From assembly GCF_009914755.1 (NCBI RefSeq), contig NC_060930.1: DNA of 64,000 bases; one strand, given 5' to 3'. Under the pieces are notes generated by a model. That model had not been told where the DNA came from, made no database searches, and was given only the letters and a program-made list of their open reading frames with translations. The position numbers were made by a program, and so were the translations under genes. Position 1 is the stretch's first letter. Each line of letters starts with the position of its first letter. Source of the DNA: the human T2T-CHM13v2.0 reference genome, Homo sapiens. Below, one piece after another: positions 33,911 to 52,818 of the stretch.

Positions 33911-36239
33911 ACAATGAGATCACATGGACACAGGAAGGGGAACATCACACTCTGGGGACTGTTGTGGGGTGGGGGGAGGTGGGAGGGATAGCATTGGGAG
34001 ATATACCTAATGCTAGATGACGAGTTAGTGGGTGCAGCGCACCGGCATGGCATATGTATACATATGTAACAAACCTGCACATTGTGCACATGTACCCTAA
34101 AACTTAAAGTATAATAATAATAAAAAAAGAATAAAATTTATTTTTGTTTAACAAAAAAAATAAAATAAAATAAACAAAAAAATGAAAATAAAAATAAAAA
34201 AAGAGCTAGATATTCTGCCCCATGGAGTGTGCAGTTACACAGTAGTGATGCTGTAGTTGTCTTGAACTTATTTGCCTGTGTGAGCAGCTAGAGAAATTCC
34301 TCACTGTAGGGGAAGTAGAAAAGCCTTGTTATTATGGTACACTCAACATGTAGGTATACTCAGGAACCATGACAAAGTATGTCTCTTACGATATATAAAT
34401 TGAACTCTATATACTAATACATAATACTGGATTTTACTACTGTGTTTAGCAGTGTTGCAAAAATCTTGAACAAGTTAATCTATGAGATTGGATTCGAATT
34501 TATCTTTTTAATATTTTTTTCAAGATGTAGGTATTAAAATTAAATGAGCTGATTAACCTCATAAAGTGAATTGGCTTGTATTTTCCCTAATTTGATTTCT
34601 TGAATTTGCATAAAATTGGAATATATTCTCTTTGGAAAAATTTGGTTGCAGTAATTCATTAGTTATTTCTTTAGGAATGATATTCAACCTGCCAATAGAA
34701 AGTCTACATAAGTATTTTCCCTTTTTTCTTTCTGTCAATGTATTACATTCTAATATAGATCAATTATAAATAATGTTTGTTGACAAATTTTATCCTGCTC
34801 TTTGTTTAGCAATATTATTCTGAAAGGATAATATATATTCACAAGTATGAAAGAAGTATGAATTTATAATATAGCAAATATTTTACAAGTTTATTATATT
34901 TGATAGACTGTCTGCCCCAACCAATGTTTGCATTTATCATCTATCTAATTTACAGAATTATTTGATAAGAGCTTTCTTTCAGTTGGTTCAGATAAAAAAG
35001 CTTAATAATCGGGTTATATGAAACTGCATTCACTAGAAAATATGAGAATATTTTAGCTTTGAGGTTTCATTATTCCACAAAGACCAGTGATGTTATCATA
35101 AGTTAGCTGTATGAAAGAACTGTTCCTAAGTTTTCAGAACTTCATTGATATATGCTCTAGCTATACAACTCTTGATCATCTTGTGGATTTCTGCACTAGC
35201 TTAACTTGGAATATCTAAAAATAAAATTTAAAAAGAAAAACAGAATTTATGAACTCATTCATTTTATTGTTCTGGGGCTTGACAAAACCATTTCACAATA
35301 TTTCAATGGAATGAATAATGACCTATAATATTCAAGCCACTTTATGTAGATATTCATAATAGTAACTGCAACCAGATATGGACAACATTAACAGAAATAA
35401 GAAAAATAATGAGGTTAGATATTAACGCAAGCTCTTTCCAAATTATAAAATCTTTTATAGTTACAACCAGTATAAGACTTACGGTAAACATTCCTGAGTC
35501 TCCCCTGATGTTTGCTGTATAAAATAAAAGCCTTAGAAAATCTATGTGTTTTTCATCTGTTTGCAGAAACACACACACAACAGTACACAGAGACAGGAGG
35601 ATATTATGGGCAGTCTGAGAATTATCCCAAGTTCAAGAATTATCCCAATAATAAATAGATCCACTAGCTTATACATATGGGCACAACAAAACACACAGTA
35701 ATTATATGCTACATTTTCATAGCATTCACAGGACTTTTTAAAGATTGTACTCATTAAAAGCAACCCTCCAGTTGTGTATTCAGGTGAGTTGTTAAGGCTG
35801 TGTACTAATCTCTCTTTATAACAACTTTCCCAAAAGGGTAATTTGTTTTACATCTCGGCATTGTTCTGAATACAGTGCAGAAGAAATAGCATTATGGGGA
35901 GTACCAGCTCAGCACAAGTAGGGGAAAAAGCAGAAAGAGGGGATGGCCCTCAAGTCAGGAGCAGTAAACTGACCACAAAGTCAACATTTAGTCAAGTGTC
36001 CCATGGGAGCTTTCTCAATCACGGAAAATAGTGATCTCAGCCTGATCTCGACCTATCTCAAAACACCCTCCTCGCGGCTATCACAGAGCATTAAAATACC
36101 AGACACTGCAAATTTGCTTCTCCAGAGTGTCAGAGACACAGGTGACAGATTTTGAGGGCTGCTTAAGCTATTGTAAGGCATTTACTCTCACAAAATATTT
36201 GATATGAATGATAAAGTTTCATTACTCTAGCTGTACTAA

Positions 36240-37050
36240 TATCCTAGAACTGCCATTCTCCCACAGTTTAGGAGGACAGAAGTGTGAAATCAAGGTGTCA
36301 GGAAACTGGTTCCTTCTGGAGGCTCTCAGGGAGAAACCATCCCGATGGTATCCCTACCCAATTTCTCCTAGCGTCTGGTGGTTGCTTGAAATCCTTGGTG
36401 TTCCTTGCCTCTTCCAGCTTTTGGTGTTCCCGGGCATTCCTTGGTTTGTGGTAGCATGATTCCAGTCTCTGCTACCATTTTCACATGGCCTTCCTCTACG
36501 TGAGTTTCTCTGTGTACTCTCCTCTTACTAGAACACCGGTGTATTAGTCTGTTCTCACAGTGCTATGAAGAAATACCCAAGACTGGGTAACTTATAAAGA
36601 AAAAAGGTTTAATTGACTCATAGTTTCACATGGTTGGAGAAGCCCCAGGAAACTTACTGTCACAGCAGAAGGCACCACTTCACAGGGCAGCAGGAGAGAG
36701 AATGAATGCCAAGCAAAGGGGGAAGGAAGGGCCTTGTAAAACCATCAGATCTCGTGAGAACTCATTCACTATCATGAGAATAGCTGGGGAAACTGCCCCC
36801 ATGATTCAATTACCTCCACCTGGTCCCACCCTTAACACGTGGGGATTATTATTATACAATTAAAGGTGAGAGTTGGGTAGGGGCACAGCCAAACCACATC
36901 AACTAGTAATTGGATTTAGAACCACCCTAATCTAGTATCACCTCACCCTAGCTAATTACGTCGGCAAAGACTTATTTCCAAATAGTCACATTCTGGCATG
37001 CATTTTGGGACAGAAACAGTTGGATGAGTGGCCCTATTCAACCTACTACA
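36240..37050 (-). mobile_element. MLT1B/C LTR interrupted by THE1
   Basis: gaagtgtgaaatcaaggtgtcag, gcctcttccagctt, ggcattccttggtttgtgg | ttggatttagaaccaccctaatctagtat ... ctattcaacctactaca. Confidence 0.85.
36540..36901 (-). mobile_element. THE1C/D solo LTR nested in MLT1
   Basis: tgtattagtctgttctcac ... aaaccatcagatctcgtgagaactca ... cacagccaaaccacatca; degenerate 5-bp TSD accgg/actag. Confidence 0.92.
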
Positions 37051-39999
37051 CTAGCCAAAGGTGAGTAAGCACAATTTCCTTCCCAGTGTCCGCTCTGGTA
37101 TGCAGGGATCCTCTACCTGAACCCCTGGAGTGCTGTCTGTATGATCTGCTTTCAGAAAACTCAGGGATCTCTGGAGGTGTTTCTAGTTGAGAGCCAAGCA
37201 CCAATCCAATCCCCAGAAACTACAGCACATACAGGTCAGACTCTTGCCATGTTCTGCTTTTTAGAGCCCTGAGGCTCCAATATTTCTCGACTTCATCCAA
37301 TATTCAGACAAGGAAAAGGAAAGGGTCTCTCTTCTTGAAAAGCACCAACACTCTGTAAATGGTAAGGAAAGGAGAGAAAATGCACAGCATTCAGACAACT
37401 CCATGCAAAGAATTTCTCACTCTTGAGGTTTCTCTACTTGTTTCCCCCTCATAGGACTTTAAATTATGCTTAGAAGCAAAGTGCAGTTTTTTCAGTTCCC
37501 TCTTAATACATTTTGCACAAATGAGACCTTGGCAACTTTTCCTAGAATGTATAATAAATTGACAACCTTTGTTTCAGACCCAGGCCTCAGCCAAGTTTGA
37601 GACAACTAAAAAAGGTTCATTTAGCATCTAGGTACAGAATAATTAGTCATAATAATAAATTCTTGCTCATTTTTTATCATACCCAACTTGAGAAGCTTTA
37701 AGTTTATGAGAGTGATGTATTCCCAACCCAAGTATAAAACAACAACAACATAAATGTGTCCTAAAATGAGAGTAGACTGCATTGTAAGGAATAAGAATGT
37801 TATAATTTAAATTGATACAAATTCAATTTGTTATAAACATGTTAAGATGTTACATGTTATCCACGGTGATTTGACAAAGGTAGGAAGATCATTGTAGGCC
37901 ATTTAAAAGCACAGGAATCAAAGAATTGCATGCTTCCCCAAAGACTAAGTAAAAATGGATAATTGACTAATATAGTTGTAAATAATTTTAAACGTTTTCC
38001 AATTATAAAATGCATTCAAGTTATAAAAGTTCTAAAATATATAGAAACAGAAAGTGATTGTATCAGAGAAAATCATTTTAATATATGTAGTTCCATATTC
38101 ACAAACATATTTTTATAAAGTATAATGTTTTATAAAGTTACTTTTTACATGGGGTTAGTTACACTATTCATGGACTTGAAAATCTATTTTTTAATATATG
38201 TGTTTAGTTTCAATATTTTCCTGTGTTGTTAGATCTTTTTTCGTATTAATTTTTATTTATTATAGGAATTTTTTAAAAATACACAAAAAGAGAGAGATTG
38301 GTACATTAAACTCACGCGTGTCTGGTATCTAGCCTATACAATTAGTTACAACATTTGTATAGGCTTGTTTCATTTGTTGTCTTCCCAATATTTGTTGGTT
38401 ATTAGTGTGGTTTTTTCTGAGTACTATAAACTAAATATTAAATATATATTATTTCATCTATAAATGCTTCAGTATGCATTTGTAATAGCAAGGACTTTTT
38501 AAAAATATTACTCCAATAACATAAGCACACAAAACCAAATTAACAATAATCTCCTAATGTTATTTGTTACTTCAACAGTGATCTCAAACATGTACTTTTA
38601 TGATAGGATTGTTCAAATGAAGATCTGGAAAGGTTGACCAAGAATTTGATTGATGTTTCTTAAGTCACTTTTAGTCTTTTAGAAGTTTATACTTCTATAC
38701 TTTTTTATACCATTTATTTGTAAAAAACATAAATTGGTCTTTGGGGCATAGAATTTTTCACAATCTAGATTTAGCTGATTGGATCCTTATGGTGTCATTT
38801 AGCAAGCACCTCTCCTTGCTGTATTTCCTGTAAACTAATATTTTTATCCAAATGTTTGATTAGTCAATATTTTTTATAGGCAAAACTATATCTCAGGTAA
38901 TGTGTTCTTCCCACTGAATCATATGAAATGAAAACAATGTTTGACTTATCTATAGTTGCATTGCTTGCATTTGTTGCCCAGTATTTATAAGGTTGTAGCA
39001 AGTTTTCCATTCCTTTTTAAATATAATCCTTTATCATTGATATTTGGAATCTAGATCATACTTCATGGAATTCGATAATTTATAGTATAAACATTTTCTA
39101 AAAATAATTTCCTCATTAAACTATGAACAGATGACCAAACTTAAGATAGAGTCTGTAGGGCTTTCTTTCGTTTAGAAATTTATCTACTCCTAGTCACACT
39201 CAATTTAAGATACAGAAAAGTCTAGGATCCAGCTCCAATCTCTTTGAAGTAGAGTGAGTGTGGGTGGAATAACATAACTTGGGAGTGACTCAAGGTATTG
39301 ACATTTATTATTGTTCATCCAAACTTTGAAACAATTGTGTGGATATACATATTACAGGGAGCTGTAATAGAGTGCTATAGACACACATCATATAAATACA
39401 ATCCCTACATTTATAAATGCATGGTTATAAAAGATGTTGGAGAGTTTCCTTTCCTACATAAATATTATACTACATTCTACAATTATTGCTATTTGGAACT
39501 TTCTTCTTTAGATAGAATGATCAAGAGAAAAGGTCATTGGTATCTTTGTGATATCTGTCCCTTAGTGGCTAAGAAAACTTCATAATCTTAAGGTGCAATG
39601 TTAGAGATTATGGTGTACTAGGCCTGAACTGGAGAAAAATAACTGCTTCATGTTCTAAATGCATATTTAAGCGAATACTTTCTATGGGATGCCACTGTTT
39701 TTTTTTTTCCAGTAGATGACAAAATAGCTCAGCAAGAAGTGACATTTTTGTAAAACAAATGTAAATGACTCTGTGTTTTGGTCATGGATCCTTACTGACT
39801 TGTGTGCTTCCAAGACTAACACATTTTCTTAATCTTTCCTTGTGTTCTGCTTCTCTTAATCTCTCTGTACTCTGCTTTTCTCTGAAAAGCAGCTTTATGC
39901 TTCCTCAGTCAGTTAGGAAACATGACCTCTGACAGCTTTCAAGCAGCTTTACCATAAGAGAAAGGCTGACTGATTAAAATGTAAAATCTCACCAAAATT

Positions 40000-41400
<1,401 letters not shown>

Positions 41401-41698
41401 TGCTGTATTACCAGTTAAGTCTCAGATACACTTTTTTCTTCATTATCTAATCTGAAATCAGTCTCAATTTTCACATCCATAAAATGTGGCTGCTAATTAA
41501 TGCTTGTCCTCACTTGCTTATTGTGCTGTTGTGAAAAACAAAAGCAATTATGTAGAAAACATTTTGTAAAATACAAAGTAATTTACTAACATAATGAAAA
41601 ATTATTATTGTGGAATTTCAGTGAAGATTTGAGAAAAGGTTCAAAATGCAAATGCTTAAAGCAGCATAATAAATTTTTAGATTAAGTATATTGGTAAC

Positions 41699-41841
41699 TT
41701 ATTTTTAGGCAAAATTATTGAGAAAATCATAAAAAGCATCATTATGAATTAATTATTACAATGATACAAATTTATTTTTAGGCAGATTTATTGAGAAGAC
41801 CATAAAAAGCATCATTATGAATTATTACAATGATACAAATT
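41699..41841. repeat. Diverged ~72-bp tandem duplication
   Basis: ttatttttaggca...ttattgagaa...cataaaaagcatcattatgaatt...attacaatgatacaaat x2. Confidence 0.9.
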
Positions 41842-43018
41842 CTAGTAATTGCTTTGTGGTCATATAATTATTGGCCCAAAGTATCAAGAAAAGTTGCTAA
41901 CCAAAACTAATGACACAAATATTCACGTTGAAGGCACACACTACCTCTATTGTAATATTTAAGGCAAACCGTCATATTAATGAATTATTTCAGTGTCTGC
42001 CTTCAAAATGGACTTAATTATAATGAAAATGTTTATTCTGCAAATATTTTCCTTTTTTCTTTGCATCTGTATCTGATCACTCACTATAGAGTACACTGAT
42101 AATGCATTGAGCTATAATGCTCTACAAAGAAAAGATAAAAAGAAATAAAATAACTCCCAATCTAAAGAAAAAAATTAAAATGTCAACAGTCACTTGGTGA
42201 CAGTTTTAAATGAATCTTTAAAAGAAGCTTATTTTGGAAAGCCTTCTGGTCACCCCCAATTACTATGGTTGCCTTGGTTGTGACAGCTGGTGTATAATCT
42301 TTGATTACACTGTCATTAAAATGTCTTTTATACCTTTTTTAATGCCATCAACACACCATTTGCTTTTCAAATCACACCCTAAAGTGGGTGGATCATGGGC
42401 ATTGAGGTATCTATGAAGTTTCTAAGCCTTTTTCACACTTTTAGGAGCTCGTAAATTCAGACACAATATGGGAATCTGATGCTGCTCCAGCTCTCATACA
42501 CTAAATTTATCCTAGATTTTTTTTAACTTCTACTAACACTTTTGATCTTTCTCTCCTACCCTTTATTTCAACAGAAAAAAATATTCATTTCATTAAAGTT
42601 CATCAATGTACCTTGTTGAGAATTTTAATAATGAAGTCAGGACTGAGGTGCAGTCCCCAAGCACATCAATTATAGCTTCACGGGGGTAAAACCCCACATT
42701 GTTTCATAGCCTTAGACTCCTTTTTTAACCCAGTCAATCAGCTTGAAAATTTGCACCATGAGGTAAAGGAGCATGTAGATTCATCTCTATGGAGAGAATA
42801 CTTAATGAAGGATCAGAAGTTCTTTTTTAATTATTTTTTTCTCATACTGATCACGTGGTTTCAGAAATAAATTCAGATAAGCTCACTGAGCCCAATTTCT
42901 TTGAACATATGATGGGAGAAATAATTACTCTTTTTACTTTTTGGAGTAGTTTTGGTCATTAAAAAAAAATACGGTGCTTGAGGACAAGTTACAACCCAGA
43001 AAGTACTGTAATGTAATA

Positions 43019-43356
43019 CAGATGCTCCTCAACTTATGATGGAATCATGTCAAAATAAATCCATTAAAAGTTGAACAAGTATTTAACACCCCTAAACTAT
43101 CAAACATCATAGCTTAACCTAGCCTAAATTTAATATACTCCAAATACTACATTAGTCTATAGTTGAACAAAATTATCTGGCAACACAGTACACTGTAGAT
43201 TACCAGTAATTTATCCTTGTGATCAAGTGGCTGACTGGGAGCTGCCCAGCATGGCAGGGGAGTATCATATGACTGTCTACTGAATGCATATCACTATCAC
43301 ACCACCCTAAAGTCAAAAAATTCTAAATGGAATCATCATCAGTTGGGGAACGTCTG
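43019..43356 (+). mobile_element. MER47B-like (TcMar-Tigger)
   Basis: TA|cagatgctcctcaacttatgatgg ... ccatcatc-like end catcatcagttggggaacgtctg|TA; terminal inverted repeats and TA target duplication. Confidence 0.88.
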
Positions 43357-43399
43357 TACATTGTTGATGGTAGTGGTACTTCTACAGGTAAATCTATCA

Positions 43400-44907
43400 G
43401 AACAACGATCACCATGACTGGTCATATGATCTGAGAAATATTTCTTTAGGACATTTCATCACTGTACAACATCATACATCATAGACCATATCAGCACAGA
43501 TTAAATGGTATAGCCTACACCTAGGCAATATGGTGTAGCCTAATGCTCCTAGGCTACAAATCTGCGCAGCGTGTTGCCATACAGAATATTGTAGGCAGCC
43601 TGCCATGGTGGCTCACTCCTGTAATACCAGCACTTTGGGAGGCCGAAGTGGGTGGATCACCTTAGGTCAGGAGTTCGAGACCAGCCTGGCCAACATGGTG
43701 AAACACTGTCTCTACTAAAAATATAAAAACTAGCCAGACATCGCGGTGGGTGCCTGTAATCCCAGCTACACTTGGGAGGCTGAGGCAGGAGAATTGCTTG
43801 AACCTAGGAGACGGACGTTGCAGTGAGCTGATACGGTGTCACTGCACTCCAGCCTCAGTGAAAGAGTGAGACTCTGCCTCAAAAAAAAAAAAAAAGTAGG
43901 CAATTGTAACACAATGGTAAGTATTTATAAACATAAACTATCTATGCATAGGAATGATACAGTAAAAATGAAGTATAAAGATAAAAGCAAGGTATACCTG
44001 AGCCATGTTTTAGAGCACTTACCAGAAATGAAGCTTGCAGGGCTGGATGTAGCTCTGGGTAGTCAGTGAGTGAGTGGTGAGTGAATATGAAGGCTTGTGA
44101 CATTAAGTACTCTACTGTAGGCTTTATTAACACTACATACTTGGGCTACACTAAAGTCATAAAAAAGTTTACTTTTTTCAATAATAAATTAATCTTAGCT
44201 TATTGTAAATAGTTTTGCTTATAAACTTTTGATTTTTTAACTCTTTAACTCTTGTAGTAACAGCTTAAAACACAAACACATTTTATAGCTGCACAAAAGC
44301 ATTTTTTCTCTATATCCTTATCCTATACACTTTTACAATATTTTTAAATGTTTTATTTTTTCCTTTTTTGACGTTTTTGTTAACAACAAACATACACACA
44401 CACTAGTCTAGGCCTACATAAAGTCAGAAACATCAATATCACTGTCTTCCACCACCTCATGTTCTACTGGAAGGCCTCGAGGGACAATAACAAGTATGGA
44501 GCTATCATCTTCTGTGATAATGAAATCTTCTTCTGGAATACCTCTGGAACGACCTGACTACGGCTGTTTTACAGTTAATTTTTTTTAGTGAGTACAAGAA
44601 GTGCACTCTAAAATAATGATAAAAGTATAGTATGGTAAACAAACCAGTAACATAGTTGACTATTATGATTACCATGTATTGTATATAATTAATTGTATGT
44701 ATTACACCTTTATAAAACTGGCAGAACCGTAGGTTTGTTTACACCAGAATCACCACAAACATGAGAGTAATGTGTTTCAATGTGATGTCATAATGGCTAT
44801 ATTGTCACTAGTCAATAACATTTTTCAGCCCCATTTATCTTACAGGACCACCTTTGTATATGTGATCTGTCATTGACCAAAACACTGTTACGCAGCACAT
44901 TACTCTA
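43400..44907 (-). mobile_element. Tigger3b-like DNA transposon interrupted by Alu
   Basis: atggtatagcctac, gctcctaggctacaaa, gtcagtgagtgagtggtgagtgaatatgaaggc, end ctgtcattgaccaaaacactgttacgcagcacattac. Confidence 0.85.
43598..43895 (+). mobile_element. AluSx-like
   Basis: Full dimer with A15 tail; TSD gtaggca at 43591-43597 and 43896-43902. Confidence 0.93.
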
Positions 44908-46008
44908 CTTTATAGGAATCGTCAGTTTACTAGATTATCTACTCCATTTCTTAATTTAAACTCGGTGGCCTACTTTTCTGCGATTTCTAGTCTCCTTTTG
45001 AGAATGGGAAACTTTCCAATCATCAAGTGCTTATTGCTTTTAAGTTATATCCTTGTCAATATCTCTGCTATTTCACACTGTATTTTCTCCACACCTCATC
45101 ATAGAGCACTCAACCAGTTCCAGTGATTTACTGCTGGTGAATTTCTAAAGCTGCATTACGAATTTCTTCATAGAGCCTTCACTGTCTGTTAAATCCACAC
45201 TTATTTTCCATAAAAATCTCATTTGGAATTGGAATTTTCTCGATATTACATATAGTAAAGTCTCATGTAAAATACTGAAATTTTGTACTAGTTCTCTTTT
45301 TTACATATTAGATATTGAGAGGCCTGTCAATATGAATGCACCTTTCTCTTAAGAATATATTGGTTCTGAGATAAGTTCTCTTCCTCAACGCTATTCTGAA
45401 TAATGAAAAAGCTATGAATTGTTCCTAATAAAATGATATGATTTTCTGGTAATAATTATGTTAAAAATAATCCTAGAAAAATTTGAATTCTGGAAATCTT
45501 GTCATCTACAATTAATTTAATTTTAAATTTATAAAAGATTCTGAACTAGACATTGTAATAAACATAATAAATTAAAATTGCACTTGCTTTCAAGCAGCTT
45601 GTTCTCTTACTACTAAAATAATTTAAGTATGCATATTACTACTAACCAATATCAGAGAAAAGACTAAACACTAAAGAAGACTAAATGGGACACACTGAGA
45701 GTCCTAACTGAAATTCGGGACTGGAGCAAACCACTGACATTTTCCTAGTTTCCAAGAGAAGAGTGTCCTCAATGTTGTAATATCTAAATGTTAAGAAATA
45801 AGTGTTATAGAGTGGCCAATACTTAGCTAAATTTAATACTCTTCTAAACAGCACTGTGTTATACAGTTCTCTTATTGATTGAAGCCAAGATAATTCTAAC
45901 TTAAGAAATAGATTTGTGTAGGCTTGAGAGGGACTTTTAAAAAACATAAATCTTAACAGGTGGGAGTGAGATTGTTTCAAACTGAACCAAGTAGCATTTG
46001 CAAAACCA

Positions 46009-49309
<3,301 letters not shown>

Positions 49310-49355
49310 TTATTTTTCTCGTTAGTTGATGCAGTTTCTTCCTAGTCTTGATGGT

Positions 49356-50372
49356 CTACATTTTGGCATGATTTTGCAGTGGCTGGTACTGGTCGTTCCT
49401 TTCTATGTTTAGTGCTTCCTTCAGGAGCCCTTTTAGGGGAGGCCTGGTGGTGACAAAATCTCTCAGCATTTGCTTGTCTGTAAAGCATTTTATTTCTCCT
49501 TCACTTATGAAGCTTAGTTTGGCTGGATATGAAATTCTGGGTTGTAAATTCTTTTCTTTAAGAATGTTGAATGTTGGCCCCCACTCTCTTCTGGCTTGCA
49601 GAGTTTCTGCTGAGAGATCCGCTGTTAGTCTGATTGACTTCCCTTTGTGGGTAACCCGACCTTTCTCTCTGGCTGCCCTTAACATTTTTTCCTTCATTTC
49701 AACTTTGGTGAATCTGACAATTATGTGTCTTGGAGTTGCTCTTCTCGAGGAGTATCTTTGTGGCATTCTCTGTATATCCTGAATCTGAATGTTAGCCTGC
49801 CTTGCTAGATTGGGGAAGTTCTCCTGGATAATATCCTGCAGAGTGTTTTCCAACTTGGTTCCATTCTCCCTGTCACTTTCAGGTACACCAATGAGACGTA
49901 GATTTGGTCTTTTCACATAGTCCCATATTTCTTGGAGGCTTTGTTCATTCCTTTTTATTCTTTTTTCTCTAAACTTTCCTTCTTGCTTCATTTTATTCAT
50001 TTCGTCTTCCATCACTGATACCCTTTCTTCCAGTTGATCACATCAGCTCCTGAGGCTTCTGCATTCTTCACGTAGTTCTGGAGCCTTGGCTTTCGGCTCC
50101 GTCAGCTCCTTTAAGGACTTCTCTGCATTGGTTATTCTAGTTATCCATTTGTCTAATTTTTTTTCAAGGTTTCTAACTTCTTTGCCATTGGTTTGAATTT
50201 CCTCCTATAGCTCGGAGTTGTTTGATCTTCTGAAGCCTTCTTCTCTCAACTCGTCAAAGTCATTCTCCATCCAGCTTTGTTCCGTTGCTGGTGAGGAGCT
50301 GTGTTCCTTCGGAGGAGGAGAGGTGATCTGCTTTTTATAGTTTCTAGTTTTTCTGCTCTGTTTTTTCCCCAT
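49356..50372 (-). pseudogene. L1-C ORF1p, disrupted
   Basis: TGA after RSLRS (about 50043); C-terminal 219 aa open. Confidence 0.93.
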
Positions 50373-52179
50373 CTTTGTGGTTTTACCTACTTTTGGTTTT
50401 TGATTATGGTGATGTACAGATGGGTTTTGGTGTGGATGTCCTTTCTGTTTGTTAGTTTTCCTTCTAACAGACAGGACCCTCAGCTGCAGGTCTGTTGGAG
50501 TTTGCTAGAGGTCCACTCCAGACGCTTTTTGCCTGGGTGTCAGCAGCAGTGACTGCAGAACAGTGGTGGCTGTAGAATCTCGGATTTTGGTGACCCACAA
50601 GTGCTGCTGCCTGATAGTTCCTCTGGAAGTTTTGTCTCAGAGGAGTACCCGGCCGTGTGAGTTGTCATTCTGCCCCTACTGGGGGGTGCCTCCCAGTTAG
50701 GCTGCTCGGGGGTCAGGGACCCACTTGAGGAGGCAGTCTGCCCATTCTCAGATCTCCAGCTGCATGCTGGGAGAACCACTACTCGCTTTAAAGCTGTCAG
50801 GCAGGGACATTTAAGTCTGCAGAGGTTACTGCTGTCTTTTTGTTTGTCTGTGCCCTGCCCCCAGAGGTGGAGCCTATAGAGGCAGGCAGGCCTCCTTGAG
50901 CTGTGGTGGGCTCCACCCAGTTCTAGCTTCCCAGCTGCTTTGTTTACCTAATCAAGCCTGGGCAATGGCAGGCGCCCTTCCCCCAGCCTGGCTGCTGCCT
51001 TGCAGTTTGATCTCAGACTGCTGTGCTAGCAATCAGTGAGACTCCGTAGGGGTAGGACCCTCCGAGCCATGTGTGGAATATAATCACCTGGTGTGCCGTT
51101 TTTTAAGCACCTTGGAAAAGCGCCCTATTATGGTGGGAGTGACCTGATTTTCCAGGTGTCTGTCACCCCTTTCTTTGACTAGGAAAGGGAACTCCCTGAA
51201 CCCTTGCACTTCCCAAGTGAGGCAATGCCTCACCCTGCTTTGGCTGGCGCAAGGTACACTGCACCCACTGTCCTGCACCCACTGTCTGGCACTCCCTAGT
51301 GAGATGAACCCGGTACCTCAGATGGAAATGCAGAAATCACCCATCTTCTGTGTCGCTCATGCTGGGAGCTGTAGACAGGAGCTGTTCCTATTCAGCCATC
51401 TTGGCTCCACCCAAGTCTTTTTTTAAAGGCATTGCATCTCTAAAATCTAAACTATACTTCACTCATAGGTTGATACAAAAAATTTATGTGTAAAGTGTAA
51501 GTCTTCGTTCACTTAAAAAAAACATGTTAATAAAAATGTCCCTGACTTCACCTACATAATTAATAATATACGATATTAGCCCTTAGTAGATATGATGGTT
51601 TGGTTTTGAAAACACATTTCTCCCAGAATCAGCTCAACACTTCTTGATCATCAACAATGTTCTTGACCATGTATGAAATGATATGTGAACACAGGCTTTT
51701 TTTCTTCAGAATAATCATGCTCCAATTTTGCCTAATGGTTCTCATCATATTACTCAAAGCTACTGAACCACTTTCTTCATCTAAACTACCTAATGCATTA
51801 GTAAGATAGCAAGAAAATGAGCTGAGCATGCAGCGAATAATGAACTTGGACCTAAAGATGGAATAAATATTTTAGCATATAAGCATATTGCTGTAAAGCC
51901 TTTGATTAAGAGATAATTCTTAATAAATGTCCCAGGTCCCCAAATGTCATAAACAGCATCTATACATGTTGGTATCCACATTTTTACATCCCTTTATTCT
52001 TAAATCATTCATCTATAGATTCCTTCAACATTATTTTTTTGAAACCCTGTATTACCAAATTAAAAATTACTCCCTGGTCCTCGTTTCAATATAGTCTGTA
52101 CAATTATGTTTACTCTGGGGATTGTGACAATAGTATTTACTTCCTACCTACTAAAACACCCTCCTTTATGATTCTGTGA

Positions 52180-52500
52180 TAACTCATAATATTGCAGCCA
52201 CTCACATTTAGGCTCCTCAGCAGGCTCCTTTTTCCTTTGCACTTCTTTAAATGATGAAGTGCCCCAGTTTGGGTTCTTCACCCTTTAATCACTTCATGCA
52301 CACTCTTTTTGTGATCTTGTTCCCACTTAAGGCTTTCCTGTTCACCTGCATGATTATGACTATTGCAAACTTCCCCATGAACCCAGATCCACAGATCCAG
52401 CTGTAGACCATGTATTGTTGTCCAGCCACCCAGCTGCCCAGAGGCATCCTAAGCCCAATATGCCCACATCAGAGCTCATTAATCTTTGAATTGCTGCAAC
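52180..52500 (+). mobile_element. L2 fragment
   Basis: cacctgcatgattatgac ... ccccatgaacccagatcc ... gaggcatcctaagcccaatatgccc. Confidence 0.55.
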
Positions 52501-52634
52501 AAACTCCCTGCCAAAATCAATATCTCATAAGGAATAAATAATTTGATGTTTTTGAGTTCTCTGTTGTATTATAAGCCAAATGTAGGAAAAATATATTTTA
52601 AAAAGTTTATTTTAGCATGTGTCAATATTTTCTT

Positions 52635-52818
52635 TTTTTTAAATTTTACTATTATTACACTTTAAGTTTTAGGGTACATGTGCACAATGTGCAGGTTTGT
52701 TACATATGTATACATGGGCCATGTTGGTGTGCTACAGCCATTACCTCGTCATTTAACATTAGGTATATCTCCTAATGCTATCCCTCCCCACTCCCCCGAC
52801 AACAGTCCCCGGAGTGTG
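52635..52818 (-). mobile_element. 5'-truncated L1PA5-like 3' end
   Basis: L1 3'UTR with atttaacattagg; 18-bp TSD atgtgtcaatattttctt at 52617-52634 and 52819-52836. Confidence 0.93.

Noticed and set aside
51629-51981. Two overlapping minus-strand ORFs and an acceptor-like site at 51852, suggesting an exon or pseudogene
   Set aside because: No protein family recognised, frames are short, no polyA or TSD; a BLASTX search would be needed
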